A DNA stretch of 64,000 nt, taken from contig OZ243913.1 of assembly GCA_965213705.1 (NCBI GenBank), positions 544,001 through 608,000 of the forward strand, read 5' to 3'. The stretch comes from Trueperaceae bacterium. Its GTDB lineage: Bacteria > Deinococcota > Deinococci > Deinococcales > Trueperaceae. The translations under genes were made by a program, and so were the position numbers. Below, piece by piece: positions 29,402 to 39,102 of the stretch (positions are counted from its first letter, which is position 1; every line of letters starts with the position of its first letter). The notes beneath the pieces are model-generated. The model was given only the letters and a program-made list of their open reading frames with translations, ran no database searches and was not told the DNA's origin.

Positions 29402-30307
29402 ATGCGTTTACCCAAAGGTTCCCTGGTCCCCTTACCGACCCCGTTCACCGGCTCCGACAACCGCATCGACGAGGCGGCGCTGGGCGAGATTATCGAGTTC
29501 CAAATCCGTGAAGGCTCCCACAGCCTCGGCTGCACGGGCACGACGGGTGAGCCGTCATCGCTCTCATTAGACGAGCGCAAGCACGTCACCGAGTTCGTGC
29601 TTCAAACCGTGAATGGCCGCGTCCCGGTGATGCCGGGGACGGGAACGACGAACTTCGACGAGACGTTGGAGCTTACCCGCCACGCCGTTCAAGCGGGCGC
29701 GGACGCGGTGCTCGTCATCAGCCCGTACTACATCAAGCCGAACCAGAACAATTTGCTCGAGTATTTTACGGCGGTTGCTAAGAGCGTTCCCGACACGCCC
29801 GTGATGCTCTACAACATTCCGGGCCGCACCGCGGTCAACATCGAGCCCAAAACCATCGGGCGCTTGCGCGAGGCGTGTCCGAACATTTTGGGCGTGAAAC
29901 ACGCGACGAAGAACTTGGACGACGTGAGTTACACCTTCGTCTATGCCGGGCGCGACTTCGGCGTGTACTGCGGCGCGGAGACGATGACCTATCCGATGCT
30001 CGCTTTGGGCGGCGCGGGCCACGTGAGCGCGACGGGCGTGATTGCACCCAAAAAAATCGCCGAGCTTTACAACCTCGCCGCGGCGGGCGAGTGGGACAAG
30101 GCGAGAGACCTGCACTTCGAGATGCTCGAGCTGAACGACATCCTCTTTATCGAAACGAATCCGGTGCCGCTGAAAACCGCGCTCGCGATGATGGGTTTGT
30201 GCGAAGCGCAGTGGCGGCTGCCCCTCGGCCCGATGCTCCCGGAAAACGAGGCGCGGCTCAAAAAGACGCTGGCGAAGTACGGGATTCTCGAGCGGGTGGC
30301 GGCGTGA
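29402..30307 (+). CDS. hpaI: 2,4-dihydroxyhept-2-ene-1,7-dioate aldolase (DapA-fold type)
   Basis: GTTGEPSSLS, PYYIKPNQ, YNIPGRT, ETNPVPLK; first gene of the hpa cluster. Confidence 0.8.
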   Translation: MRLPKGSLVPLPTPFTGSDNRIDEAALGEIIEFQIREGSHSLGCTGTTGEPSSLSLDERKHVTEFVLQTVNGRVPVMPGTGTTNFDETLELTRHAVQAGADAVLVISPYYIKPNQNNLLEYFTAVAKSVPDTPVMLYNIPGRTAVNIEPKTIGRLREACPNILGVKHATKNLDDVSYTFVYAGRDFGVYCGAETMTYPMLALGGAGHVSATGVIAPKKIAELYNLAAAGEWDKARDLHFEMLELNDILFIETNPVPLKTALAMMGLCEAQWRLPLGPMLPENEARLKKTLAKYGILERVAA

Positions 30308-31101
30308 AGCGGGCGCGGTTCATATCAAAAGGGAGAGAACTCGAGGGCGTGCTGCAAGACGGCCGCCTCATCGACCACGCGGGCGAGGCGCACGACCCCG
30401 AGGCGGTGACGTGGCGCTTGCCGGTCACGCCGGGCAAGGTCATCGCGCTGGCGCTGAACTACCGCGACCATGCGGCTGAACTCGAGCTTGCCCAGCCCGA
30501 AGACCCCGCGCTGTTCTGGAAACCCAACACCTCGCTGCTGCCGCACCGGGGCACCGTCATCTACCCGCAGGGCGCACAGTTCATGCACTACGAGGTCGAA
30601 CTCGCGGTCATCATCGGCCGCAACGCGCGGCGGGTGAAAGCGAAGGACGCCTACGACTACGTCGGCGGCTACAGCGTCGCTAATGACCTCGTCGTGCGCG
30701 ACTACGTGACGAACACCTACCGCCCGCCGATTCGCGGCAAGGGGTGGGACACCTTCGGGCCGCTCGGGCCTTACTACGTGAGCACGGACGAAGTGACAGA
30801 CCCCGACAACCTCACCCTGCGCGCTTTTGTGAACGACGAACTGCGCCAGGAGGGCAACACGAGCGACATGATTTACAAGATTCCCGAACTGCTCGAGTAC
30901 ATCAGCCGCTTTATGACCCTCGAGAAAGACGACGTGCTCCTCACCGGCACGCCCAAGGGGATTTCGCACGTGCATCCGGGCGACACCATGCGCTTGGAGG
31001 TCGAAGGTTTGGGCGAACTCGTCAACGATGTGATGATGGAAACCGAGGATGCCGAGCCGCTACTCGGGCGCGAAGGGAATCGACAAGAGGTGAAAGCATG
31101 A
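30304..31101 (+). CDS. hpaG: FAH-family isomerase/decarboxylase subunit (HpaG C-terminal type)
   Basis: GTGA overlap; ALNYRDHA, MHYEVEL, NTYRPPIRGK, LTGTPKG. Confidence 0.85.
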   Translation: MKRARFISKGRELEGVLQDGRLIDHAGEAHDPEAVTWRLPVTPGKVIALALNYRDHAAELELAQPEDPALFWKPNTSLLPHRGTVIYPQGAQFMHYEVELAVIIGRNARRVKAKDAYDYVGGYSVANDLVVRDYVTNTYRPPIRGKGWDTFGPLGPYYVSTDEVTDPDNLTLRAFVNDELRQEGNTSDMIYKIPELLEYISRFMTLEKDDVLLTGTPKGISHVHPGDTMRLEVEGLGELVNDVMMETEDAEPLLGREGNRQEVKA

Positions 31102-32618
31102 GTGTCGTGACGATAACGAAAGCCGGAATTGCGCAGGAGAGGGCTCGAGGCTACCTGGACAAACTTGCTGAAAAAGGCATCCGCCACCTCATCGACGGCG
31201 AGCACGTCGGCTCGGTCTCGGGGGAGACGTTCGACAACGCGACGCCACTCGACGATTCGACGCTGTGCAAGGTCGCCTCCGGTGGCGCTGAAGATGTCGA
31301 TAAAGCTGCGCAGGCGGCCCGCGACGCCTTCCCCGCCTGGCGCGACCTGCCCGCGACAGAGCGCCGCGAACTGCTCCACCGCGTCGCCGACCTTATAGAA
31401 GCACACGCCGAAGAAATCGCCCTTTTAGAAGTCCTCGACACCGGCCAGCCGATTCGTTTTATGAGCAAGGCAGCCTTGCGCGGCGCGCAGAACTTCCGCT
31501 TTTTCGCCGACAAGTGCGAAGAGGCGCGCAACGGCCTGAGCCTGCCGACCGAGGAGTTTTTGAACTACACGCTGCGCCAACCCATCGGGCCGGTCGGGAT
31601 TATCACGCCCTGGAACACGCCCTTTATGCTCTCGACCTGGAAAATTGCCCCAGCGCTCGCCGCGGGCTGCACCGTCGTCCACAAACCCGCCGAGTTCAGC
31701 CCGGTCACGGCGTTGCGGCTGCACGAAATCATGCTCGAGGCCGGGATTCCCGCAGGCGTCACCAACCTCGTCAACGGCTACGGCGAAACGGCGGGCAAGG
31801 CCCTTACCGAGCACCCCGACATCAAAGCGGTCGCTTTTGTCGGCGAAAGCCTCACGGGTTCGCACATCATGGCGCAGGGTGCGCCGACGCTGAAGCGGGT
31901 TCACTTCGAACTCGGTGGCAAGAATCCGGTGGTGGTGTTCGAGGATGCGGACTTGGAGCGCGCCCTCGACGCGGTCGTTTTCATGATTTACAGCCTCAAC
32001 GGGGAGCGCTGCACCAGCTCGAGCCGTGTCCTCGTGCAAGAAAGCATCTACGAAGACTTCACCCGCAAGCTCGCCGAACGCGCCAAGAACATCCGTGTCG
32101 GCGACCCCTTCGACCCCGCAACCGAACTCGGCCCGCTCATCCATCCCAGCCATGTTCAAAAAGTGTGCAGCTACTTCGACTTGGCGCGCGACGAGGGCGC
32201 GACCGTCGCGGCGGGCGGCGAAGCCGAAGGCAACTTCGTCACGGCGACGCTGTTCACGAACGCGACGAACACCATGCGCGTGGCGCAGGAGGAGATTTTC
32301 GGCCCCGTGCTGACGGCGATTCCTTTCAAGGATGAACAAGAAGCCCTCGAGCTTGCCAACGACACGCGCTACGGCCTCACCGGCTACTTGTGGACGGGTG
32401 ACGTGAGCCGCGCCCACCGTTTCGCCCAGGGGCTCGAGGCCGGGATGATTTGGGTGAACTCGCACAACGTGCGCCACCTGCCCACCCCCTTCGGCGGCAT
32501 GAAGGCGTCGGGCGTCGGGCGGGACGGGGGCGACTACTCGTTCGACTTTTACATGGAGACGAAAAATATCGCCGTGGCCTTGGGCGAGCACGGGATTCCG
32601 AAGCTTGGGAAGGGGTAG
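31098..32618 (+). CDS. hpaE: 5-carboxymethyl-2-hydroxymuconate semialdehyde dehydrogenase
   Basis: ITPWNTPFMLSTWK, FELGGKNP, YSLNGERCTSSSR, NSHNVRHLPTPFGG. Confidence 0.92.
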   Translation: MSVVTITKAGIAQERARGYLDKLAEKGIRHLIDGEHVGSVSGETFDNATPLDDSTLCKVASGGAEDVDKAAQAARDAFPAWRDLPATERRELLHRVADLIEAHAEEIALLEVLDTGQPIRFMSKAALRGAQNFRFFADKCEEARNGLSLPTEEFLNYTLRQPIGPVGIITPWNTPFMLSTWKIAPALAAGCTVVHKPAEFSPVTALRLHEIMLEAGIPAGVTNLVNGYGETAGKALTEHPDIKAVAFVGESLTGSHIMAQGAPTLKRVHFELGGKNPVVVFEDADLERALDAVVFMIYSLNGERCTSSSRVLVQESIYEDFTRKLAERAKNIRVGDPFDPATELGPLIHPSHVQKVCSYFDLARDEGATVAAGGEAEGNFVTATLFTNATNTMRVAQEEIFGPVLTAIPFKDEQEALELANDTRYGLTGYLWTGDVSRAHRFAQGLEAGMIWVNSHNVRHLPTPFGGMKASGVGRDGGDYSFDFYMETKNIAVALGEHGIPKLGKG

Positions 32619-32621
32619 AGA

Positions 32622-32885
32622 ATGGCGGACGTGATTGAGTTGGAGGTCGAGGCCGACGAAAACGGCGAACTGCATCTCTCGAAGGAGCAGCTTGGCGGTG
32701 CCGAACCGAAGGCGCGTTTTAAGGTGCGGGTCGAGCCTCAAACTCCCACCACTGAGCGAGGGCCGAAGTGGGCCGGTATGACGCCGGAGGAGCGGGCGAG
32801 AAAGTTTGAGGCTTGGGCCAGGAGTCACAAAGACGGCCCTGGTCTCTCAGACTGGGCAGTAAGCCGCGATTCGATTTACGACTGA
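32622..32885 (+). CDS. Putative antitoxin (VapB-like)
   Basis: 87 aa ending LSDWAVSRDSIY; TGATG-coupled to the PIN gene. Confidence 0.7.
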   Translation: MADVIELEVEADENGELHLSKEQLGGAEPKARFKVRVEPQTPTTERGPKWAGMTPEERARKFEAWARSHKDGPGLSDWAVSRDSIYD

Positions 32886-33331
32886 TGCCTTCCTACTTAC
32901 TGGACACGAACATCTTGCTTCGTTCAGCGGATGACCATTCCGTCTACTTCGAACTTGCGCTTGGAGCCGTACGCACTCTGCTGGCTCAAGGTGAAGCGCT
33001 GTTTATCGTGCCACAAAACATCTATGAGTTTTGGGCCGTAGCAACCCGTCCAACAAGCGCGAACGGTCTAGGCTGGAACAGTGAGCGTTGCCGGAGAGAG
33101 GTTACTGCGGTGACGCAGAGCTTCACGCTTCTTCACGACGCGCCGAGCGTGTTCACCAACTGGCTCGAGCTTGTCACCACCCACGACGTAAAAGGCAAAC
33201 AGGTCCACGACGCTAGGCTGGTCGCGGCAATGCAGACGCACGACCTAACCAACCTCCTCACGCTCAACGTCAAGGATTTCGAGCGCTATCCGGTCACGCC
33301 GGTTCACCCCGACGCTGTGAGTAGGATCTGA
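32885..33331 (+). CDS. vapC: VapC-type PIN toxin
   Basis: YLLDTNILLR, PQNIYEFWAVATRP, VHDARLVA, LTLNVKDF. Confidence 0.88.
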   Translation: MPSYLLDTNILLRSADDHSVYFELALGAVRTLLAQGEALFIVPQNIYEFWAVATRPTSANGLGWNSERCRREVTAVTQSFTLLHDAPSVFTNWLELVTTHDVKGKQVHDARLVAAMQTHDLTNLLTLNVKDFERYPVTPVHPDAVSRI

Positions 33332-33333
33332 GA

Positions 33334-33705
33334 ATGCCGCGAATCCAGCACGTCGCCCTTAGGACGAACGACCTCGAGCACACCCGCGCTTTCTATAAGT
33401 TGCTCGGGCTCGAGGGCGACCTCAACCCGAAAGTCGGGCGGCTGTGGCTGAACTTTGCGGACGGCTTCACGCTCATCTTCGACTACTCGGACAAAGAATC
33501 TGAGCCTGGCACGCTGACGTATTTGGGGCTCGAGCTAGCAAGTTTTGAAGCGGTTGACCGGATGTTTGAAAAGCTTACGCCGAAAATCAGCATCGGGCGC
33601 GATTTGAGAGAAGCTTACCGGAACGCGCAAGGCCCTTACGGATTTTTCGTCGAAGACCCCAACGGCTACACCCTCAAAGTTTTTAAGTACAACGAGCCTG
33701 AATAA
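33334..33705 (+). CDS. VOC family protein inside the hpa operon
   Basis: [24 protein letters not shown]. Confidence 0.8.
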   Translation: MPRIQHVALRTNDLEHTRAFYKLLGLEGDLNPKVGRLWLNFADGFTLIFDYSDKESEPGTLTYLGLELASFEAVDRMFEKLTPKISIGRDLREAYRNAQGPYGFFVEDPNGYTLKVFKYNEPE

Positions 33706-33731
33706 AGTTCGCCTCTTTGAAAGGAGCCGAC

Positions 33732-35237
33732 ATGCCCGCACGCACCGGAAAACAGTTTTTGGAAGGCTTAAAGCGCAACCCGCCCAACATCTATATCGAC
33801 GGCGAGAAGGTCGCCGACCCCACGAGCCACTCGAGCACGAAAAACGTCGCCCGCTCCATCGCCCACCTGTACGACCTGCAACACGAGCCAGAACTTCGGG
33901 ACGTGATGACCTACGAGAGCCCTACCACCGGCGACCGTGTGGGGATGAGTTTTCTCGAGACCGTCACGAAAGACGACCTCAAACGCCGCGCCGCGATGCA
34001 CAAGGTGTGGGCGGACGCTTCGCTCGGCTTTTTGGGGCGCGCCCCGGACTACATGAACGTCAACCTGATGGCGGCGGCGCGGGCCTCCAACTACTTCGCG
34101 CAGTGCGAGCCACGCTTCGGGGAGAACATGCGCAACTATTACGAGCACGTGCGCGAGCATGACCTCGTGCTGACCCACGCGCTCACCAACCCGCAGGTGA
34201 ACCGCTCGGCAAGGGCGGACGAACTCGAAGACCCCTACATCGCCCTCGGACTCGTCGAAGAAACCGATGAGGGCATCATCGTCCGCGGCGCGCGGATGAT
34301 GGCGACGTTGCCCATCGCCGACGAGATTTTGATTTTCCCCTCGACTGTGTTGAAAGAGCAAGAGGAATTGAAGCGTTACGCCCTCGCTTTTGCGCTGCCG
34401 ACGAATACAAAGGGGCTGACCTTCCAGTGCCGCGAACCGCTCGACATCGGGCGCAGCCACGAGGACCACCCGCTGGCGTCACGGTTCGAAGAGTTCGACG
34501 CGATGGTCTACTTCGACGACGTGCTCGTGCCCTGGGAGCGCGTGTTTTTGATGAACGACGTCAAACTCGCCAACCGCGCTTACGGCGCGACCGGCGCGGT
34601 TTACCAGATGGCCCACCAGGTCGTGAACGTGAAAATCGCCAAGACCGAGGCGTTTTTGGGCGTCGCGCAGAAAATCGTCGAGACCATCGGGAGCGCGCAG
34701 TTTCAGCACGTGCAGCAGAAAGTCGCCGAGATTATCCTGAACCTGGAGACGATGCGGGCACTCAAACTCGCTTCTGAAGAAAACGCCTTTTTAGACGAGT
34801 ACGGCACGATGACGCCCGCCAAGGAGCCGCTGAACGTGGCCCGCAACCTCTACCCGCAACTCTACCCGCGCATGGTCGAGATTATCCAGCTGTTGGGCGC
34901 GTCGGGCATGATCATGATTCCGACTGAAGCCGACCGCAAGGGGCCGCTGGGCGACAAAATCGCCAAGTACCTGCAAGCTAGAAACGCGAGCAGCGACGAG
35001 CGCATAGCCCTCTTCCGCCTTGCCTGGGACATGACGATTTCGTCCTTCGGCGCGCGCCAAAACCTCTACGAAAAGTTTTTCTTCGGCGACCCGGTGCGGA
35101 CGCAGTGCGCGCTTTATGAGAACTACGACAAACAGCCTTATGTCGAGAAGATAGATGCCTTTTTAGCCCTCGGCAATCGGGAGTTCGAGGACGCGCCGAA
35201 GCTCGAGCCCGACCTGGTCGCCTCGGCGGACGACTAA
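33732..35237 (+). CDS. hpaB: 4-hydroxyphenylacetate 3-monooxygenase, oxygenase component
   Basis: [46 protein letters not shown]. Confidence 0.93.
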   Translation: MPARTGKQFLEGLKRNPPNIYIDGEKVADPTSHSSTKNVARSIAHLYDLQHEPELRDVMTYESPTTGDRVGMSFLETVTKDDLKRRAAMHKVWADASLGFLGRAPDYMNVNLMAAARASNYFAQCEPRFGENMRNYYEHVREHDLVLTHALTNPQVNRSARADELEDPYIALGLVEETDEGIIVRGARMMATLPIADEILIFPSTVLKEQEELKRYALAFALPTNTKGLTFQCREPLDIGRSHEDHPLASRFEEFDAMVYFDDVLVPWERVFLMNDVKLANRAYGATGAVYQMAHQVVNVKIAKTEAFLGVAQKIVETIGSAQFQHVQQKVAEIILNLETMRALKLASEENAFLDEYGTMTPAKEPLNVARNLYPQLYPRMVEIIQLLGASGMIMIPTEADRKGPLGDKIAKYLQARNASSDERIALFRLAWDMTISSFGARQNLYEKFFFGDPVRTQCALYENYDKQPYVEKIDAFLALGNREFEDAPKLEPDLVASADD

Positions 35238-35239
35238 TC

Positions 35240-36226
35240 TTGCGCCTGCACCCGCCTACGTTCACACCGCCCTTCAACGTCGTGCGCTTGAGTCACGTCG
35301 AACTCGGGGTGACGAGTCTGGACGCGGCTCGAGCCTTTTACGTTCAAACCCTCGGCCTGATTGAAACCGAGCGAACTTCGGACACCCTTTATTTACGCGG
35401 GCTGGAAGAGCGCAATCACCATGCTTACGTGCTGGTCGAAACACCGGAGCCGGTGTGCAAACGCCTCGCTTACAAGCTGGCGAGCGAGGAAGATTTAGAC
35501 AAGGCCGCAGCCTTTTTCGAGGCTAAGGGTTTGGGTGTGCAATGGGTCGAAAAACAAGCGCAGGGGCGGACGCTCCACACGACCGACCCGTTCGGCGTGC
35601 CGTTGGAGTTCTACTTTTCAATGGCGCAAGAACCCCGCAAACTGCAAAACTACGGCGAGTACCGCGGCGTGCAGCCGCTGCGCATCGACCACTTCAACCT
35701 GTTCACGCCCGATGTCTACTCGGCGCAGGCGTTCTACTCCTCAGACCTCGGCTTCCGGCCGACCGAGTACACCTACGACCCCGACAACGACGACGCGCTC
35801 TGGGCGGTGTGGCTGCATCGCAAGGGCGGCGTCCACGACCTCGCGCTGACCAACGGGCGCGGGCCGCGGCTGCACCACGTCGCGCTGTGGGTGCCGACGG
35901 CGCTCAACATCATCCACCTCTGCGACGTGATGGCGACGACGGGGTATCTAGCGAACCTCGAGCGTGGGCCGGGGCGGCACGGCATCTCGAACGCTTTTTT
36001 CCTGTACGTGCGCGACCCGGACGGACACCGCACCGAGATTTACACCTCGGACTACCTCACCGTAGACCCGGACTTCGAGCCGATTGCCTGGAAACTCAAA
36101 GACGCGCAGCGACAGACGCTGTGGGGCACGGCCGCGCCGAAGTCCTGGTTTGAAGAGGGGACGCTGTTCGAGGGCGTCGAGGTGCGGGAGCCGGTGCTCG
36201 AGATGCAGCCGGTCGTCGCGCCCTGA
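35240..36226 (+). CDS. hpaD: 3,4-dihydroxyphenylacetate 2,3-dioxygenase
   Basis: LRGLEERNHH, HRKGGVHD, GPRLHH, ERGPGRHGISNAFFLY. Confidence 0.92.
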   Translation: MRLHPPTFTPPFNVVRLSHVELGVTSLDAARAFYVQTLGLIETERTSDTLYLRGLEERNHHAYVLVETPEPVCKRLAYKLASEEDLDKAAAFFEAKGLGVQWVEKQAQGRTLHTTDPFGVPLEFYFSMAQEPRKLQNYGEYRGVQPLRIDHFNLFTPDVYSAQAFYSSDLGFRPTEYTYDPDNDDALWAVWLHRKGGVHDLALTNGRGPRLHHVALWVPTALNIIHLCDVMATTGYLANLERGPGRHGISNAFFLYVRDPDGHRTEIYTSDYLTVDPDFEPIAWKLKDAQRQTLWGTAAPKSWFEEGTLFEGVEVREPVLEMQPVVAP

Positions 36227-36259
36227 GGGTTGATTATTCCAGCGGTGTAAACTTTCGTC

Positions 36260-36628
36260 ATGAAAGGTGCCGAAAAACCCGGCGGGTTCGAGAAGCTGAA
36301 GGCGAAGTGGCATAAGGATGCTCAGTTGCGGCAGCGAGAAGCTGACTTGCGCAGAGCCGCGCTTTTAGAGCGAGGCGGGCCGGTGTTTGAAAGGTTCGGC
36401 GTGCAACACGTGGTGCTGTTCGGGTCGGTCGCCAGGGGCGCGAGCGCGGCAAGCTCGGACTTGGATCTGTTGGTGTGGCCGTTGCCTGTGGAGGCTTACT
36501 GGGACTTCAAGCACGCGCTCGAGGAGGCCGTAAACTACCCTTGCGACGTTCACACCACGGACGGCGACCCGGACTTCGTGAACAAGGTACGGGCGCGCGG
36601 AGAGACTATCTACACGTATGAACCCTAA
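36260..36628 (+). CDS. Minimal nucleotidyltransferase (MNT) antitoxin
   Basis: VLFGSVARG...SDLDL; TAAACT-N6-ATG start. Confidence 0.85.
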   Translation: MKGAEKPGGFEKLKAKWHKDAQLRQREADLRRAALLERGGPVFERFGVQHVVLFGSVARGASAASSDLDLLVWPLPVEAYWDFKHALEEAVNYPCDVHTTDGDPDFVNKVRARGETIYTYEP

Positions 36629-36995
36629 CGCCGCGCTCCTCAAAGCGGACGTGCGCGACGAACTGGGCAAGCTCGAGCGCTTGACCCAGGATTTTGCCGG
36701 GCTCAAAGACCTGCTTACCAAAGCTCCGGAAGAGGTGTTCTTTTTCGAGCGCGCGGCGGTCGGCTACTACCTGCACAGTTTTTACAACGGCTGTGAAAAC
36801 AGCTTTACGCCTATCGGCCGCTTTTTTGAAAACGACCTGAGCCCCGATAGCTGGCACGCCGACCTGCTCAAACGGATGAAGCTTACAGTATCCGGCTACC
36901 GTCCGGCGGTCATCGACGAAGAGTTGTACCGGCTGCTCAACGACTTTACGCGGCGTAGTCGAAGTCAAACCACGCGCCGACGGCGTAAAGCATGA
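36618..36995 (+). pseudogene. HEPN (HepT-like) toxin truncated before its catalytic motif
   Basis: LHSFYNGCE, WHADLL..M, RPAVIDEELY..L.DF, then unrelated sequence where Rx4H is expected. Confidence 0.65.
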
Positions 36996-37107
36996 GGTGG
37001 AACTCGAGCACCTTGCCGAACGCTTGCGCGCCATAGCGTCTTCACAGTCTCACTTGCGCAGACAAGCTTCAAAAGGACTATAGTTGTAGCCAAGTAAAGG
37101 AGAACCC

Positions 37108-37728
37108 GTGTCTACAAGAGCACCTGGAAGACTGTGGCGCTTGGGTATGAAAAACGCCCTCATGGTCGGACTCGTCATGCTCGTGACGTGTACGGTTTTG
37201 GCAAGCGGGGTTGGCTTCTTTGTCGGTTGGGGTTTCGGTCGCTCGTTGGGCTTGGCATTCGTCGTTGTTTATGCGGTCATCGTCGCAAGCTTTTTTGTGA
37301 CCTTAGCGAGAGACAGGGCGAGCGCGGGCCGACTCCTTTACGACGCAGGCAAACACCCACAGCGACGGCTGTTTCTGTTCAACGCGGGTGTCTCCTTTTT
37401 GATAGCCCTAATGGCTTTTTTGGGGCCGTCCCAAAGCAGCAACCTCTTCATGAGGTTTTTGCCCTATTTTCTTCTGACCGGTGCCGTTTTCAATTTCTAC
37501 CAATCGTTCGGGCATTTGCAGGTTCGCGAAGCCGGTCTTTGGGGCTATTGGGGGCTGCTGCCTTGGAGGAAAATCGGCTCGTATTCTTGGACGGACGACG
37601 CCACCTTGCTTGTCCAAACCAGCGGCCAGTTCAGCTTTTTGCGAGGCGGCTTCGCCGTGCCGCCCGAGCACAGGGCAAACCTCGAGGCCTACTTGCTCGA
37701 GCACACCCGTCAAAGTGTTGCTCGATAA
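37108..37728 (+). CDS. Hypothetical membrane protein
   Basis: AAGGAG RBS; four hydrophobic segments; C-terminal GLLPWRKIGSYSW. Confidence 0.65.
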   Translation: MSTRAPGRLWRLGMKNALMVGLVMLVTCTVLASGVGFFVGWGFGRSLGLAFVVVYAVIVASFFVTLARDRASAGRLLYDAGKHPQRRLFLFNAGVSFLIALMAFLGPSQSSNLFMRFLPYFLLTGAVFNFYQSFGHLQVREAGLWGYWGLLPWRKIGSYSWTDDATLLVQTSGQFSFLRGGFAVPPEHRANLEAYLLEHTRQSVAR

Positions 37729-37869
37729 AGTTTTGAGGAAGGCTCGAGCCGCACCCTCTCATCTGCGAAGGACAACACCCTAAAAACCTCCCCGAGTGGA
37801 GTAACATAGATTTACCGACTTCTCAACCGAAGTCATTCAACCTCGTAGCAGCAAAGGAGACCTAACATC

Positions 37870-39072
37870 ATGGCAAGCACCTTACTCGCCGAGCCGCAGG
37901 GCCTGGCAAAAGCGCAACTGCAAGACTTTTACGGGCTCGAGACTTTTTACAGCCCCGAAGAACGGCTCATCCGCGACAGCGTCAAAGAGTTCGTTAAAGA
38001 GGAAATTCTGCCCTTTGTGGGCGATTGGTGGCAAGAGGGCTACTTTCCCCCCGAACTGCCGAGAAAGTTCGGTGACCTGGGCGTTCTCGGTATCACCTTG
38101 CCTGAAAAGTACGGCGGCATCGGCGCGTCTTACACCGCTTACGGCCTCGTCAACCGCGAAATCGAGTACGGCGACTCGGGCATGAGGAGTTTCGTCAGCG
38201 TGCAGTCCAGCCTCGTGATGTACCCGATTTACACCTACGGCTCGGAAGACTTGCGCATGAAGTGGCTGCCTAGATTAGCTTCGGGCGAGGCCATCGGCTG
38301 TTTCGGACTGACCGAGCCCGACGCGGGTTCCGACCCCGGCAGCATGACGACGCGGGTGCGCAAGGTCGGCAATGAATATGTCATCAACGGCGTGAAGCGC
38401 TGGATTACGAGCGGCTCGAGGGCCGACGTAGCCATCATCTGGGCCAGAAGTGAGGACGACGGCAAGGTTTACGGCTTCGCGGTGAACACCTCGACGCCCG
38501 GCTTTACCGCTGTAGACATTAAAACCAAAGCATCCATGCGCGCCTCGGTCACCTCAGAACTGTACCTGGACGACGTGGTCGTGCCCGCCGCGGACAAACT
38601 GAACATCGTCGGCTTAAAAGGCCCGCTGTCGTGTCTCAACCAGGCGCGCTACGGCATCGCCTGGGGCGTGTTGGGCGCGGGCTTTTTCTGTTTGGAAGAA
38701 GCCGCCACCTACGTCGAAGACCGCCCGGTGTTCGGCGTGGCGCTGGCGACGAAGCAAATCGTGCAGGCCAAGCTCGCCGACATGCTCGCCGACCTCACCA
38801 AAGGCAGCCTGCTCGCCTTTCAACTCGCCAAACTCAAAGAACAGGGCAAAGACACCCCGCCCCGCATCTCGCTCGCCAAACGCGACAACGTCCGGGCGGC
38901 GTTGAGTGCGGCGAGAAGCGCGAGGGACATCCTGGGCGGCAACGGCATCACTCTGGAATACGGCGCGATTCGGCACATGCTCAACTTGGAAACCGTGGCG
39001 ACTTACGAGGGTACGGACACGGTTCACACGCTCGTGCTGGGCCGGGAGATTACCGGGCACAACGCGTTTTAG
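37870..39072 (+). CDS. gcdH: Acyl-CoA dehydrogenase, glutaryl-CoA dehydrogenase type
   Basis: DSGMRSFVSVQSSLVMYPI, GCFGLTEPDAGSDP, LGGNGI, NLETVATYEGT. Confidence 0.8.
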   Translation: MASTLLAEPQGLAKAQLQDFYGLETFYSPEERLIRDSVKEFVKEEILPFVGDWWQEGYFPPELPRKFGDLGVLGITLPEKYGGIGASYTAYGLVNREIEYGDSGMRSFVSVQSSLVMYPIYTYGSEDLRMKWLPRLASGEAIGCFGLTEPDAGSDPGSMTTRVRKVGNEYVINGVKRWITSGSRADVAIIWARSEDDGKVYGFAVNTSTPGFTAVDIKTKASMRASVTSELYLDDVVVPAADKLNIVGLKGPLSCLNQARYGIAWGVLGAGFFCLEEAATYVEDRPVFGVALATKQIVQAKLADMLADLTKGSLLAFQLAKLKEQGKDTPPRISLAKRDNVRAALSAARSARDILGGNGITLEYGAIRHMLNLETVATYEGTDTVHTLVLGREITGHNAF

Positions 39073-39102
39073 TCGGTAGGCAAATTGCAGAGGGTGAGTT
39101 AA

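Noticed and set aside
29390..30307. Annotation as dapA (lysine biosynthesis)
   Set aside because: The hpa operon context and the GEPSSLS/KPNQ motifs fit the DapA-fold HpaI aldolase better.
29875..31097. Long N-terminal extensions in the ORF track (e.g. 408-aa hpaG, 624-aa hpaE, 649-aa SBP)
   Set aside because: The extensions overlap upstream genes or leaders; RBS and stop-start overlaps support the shorter starts used.
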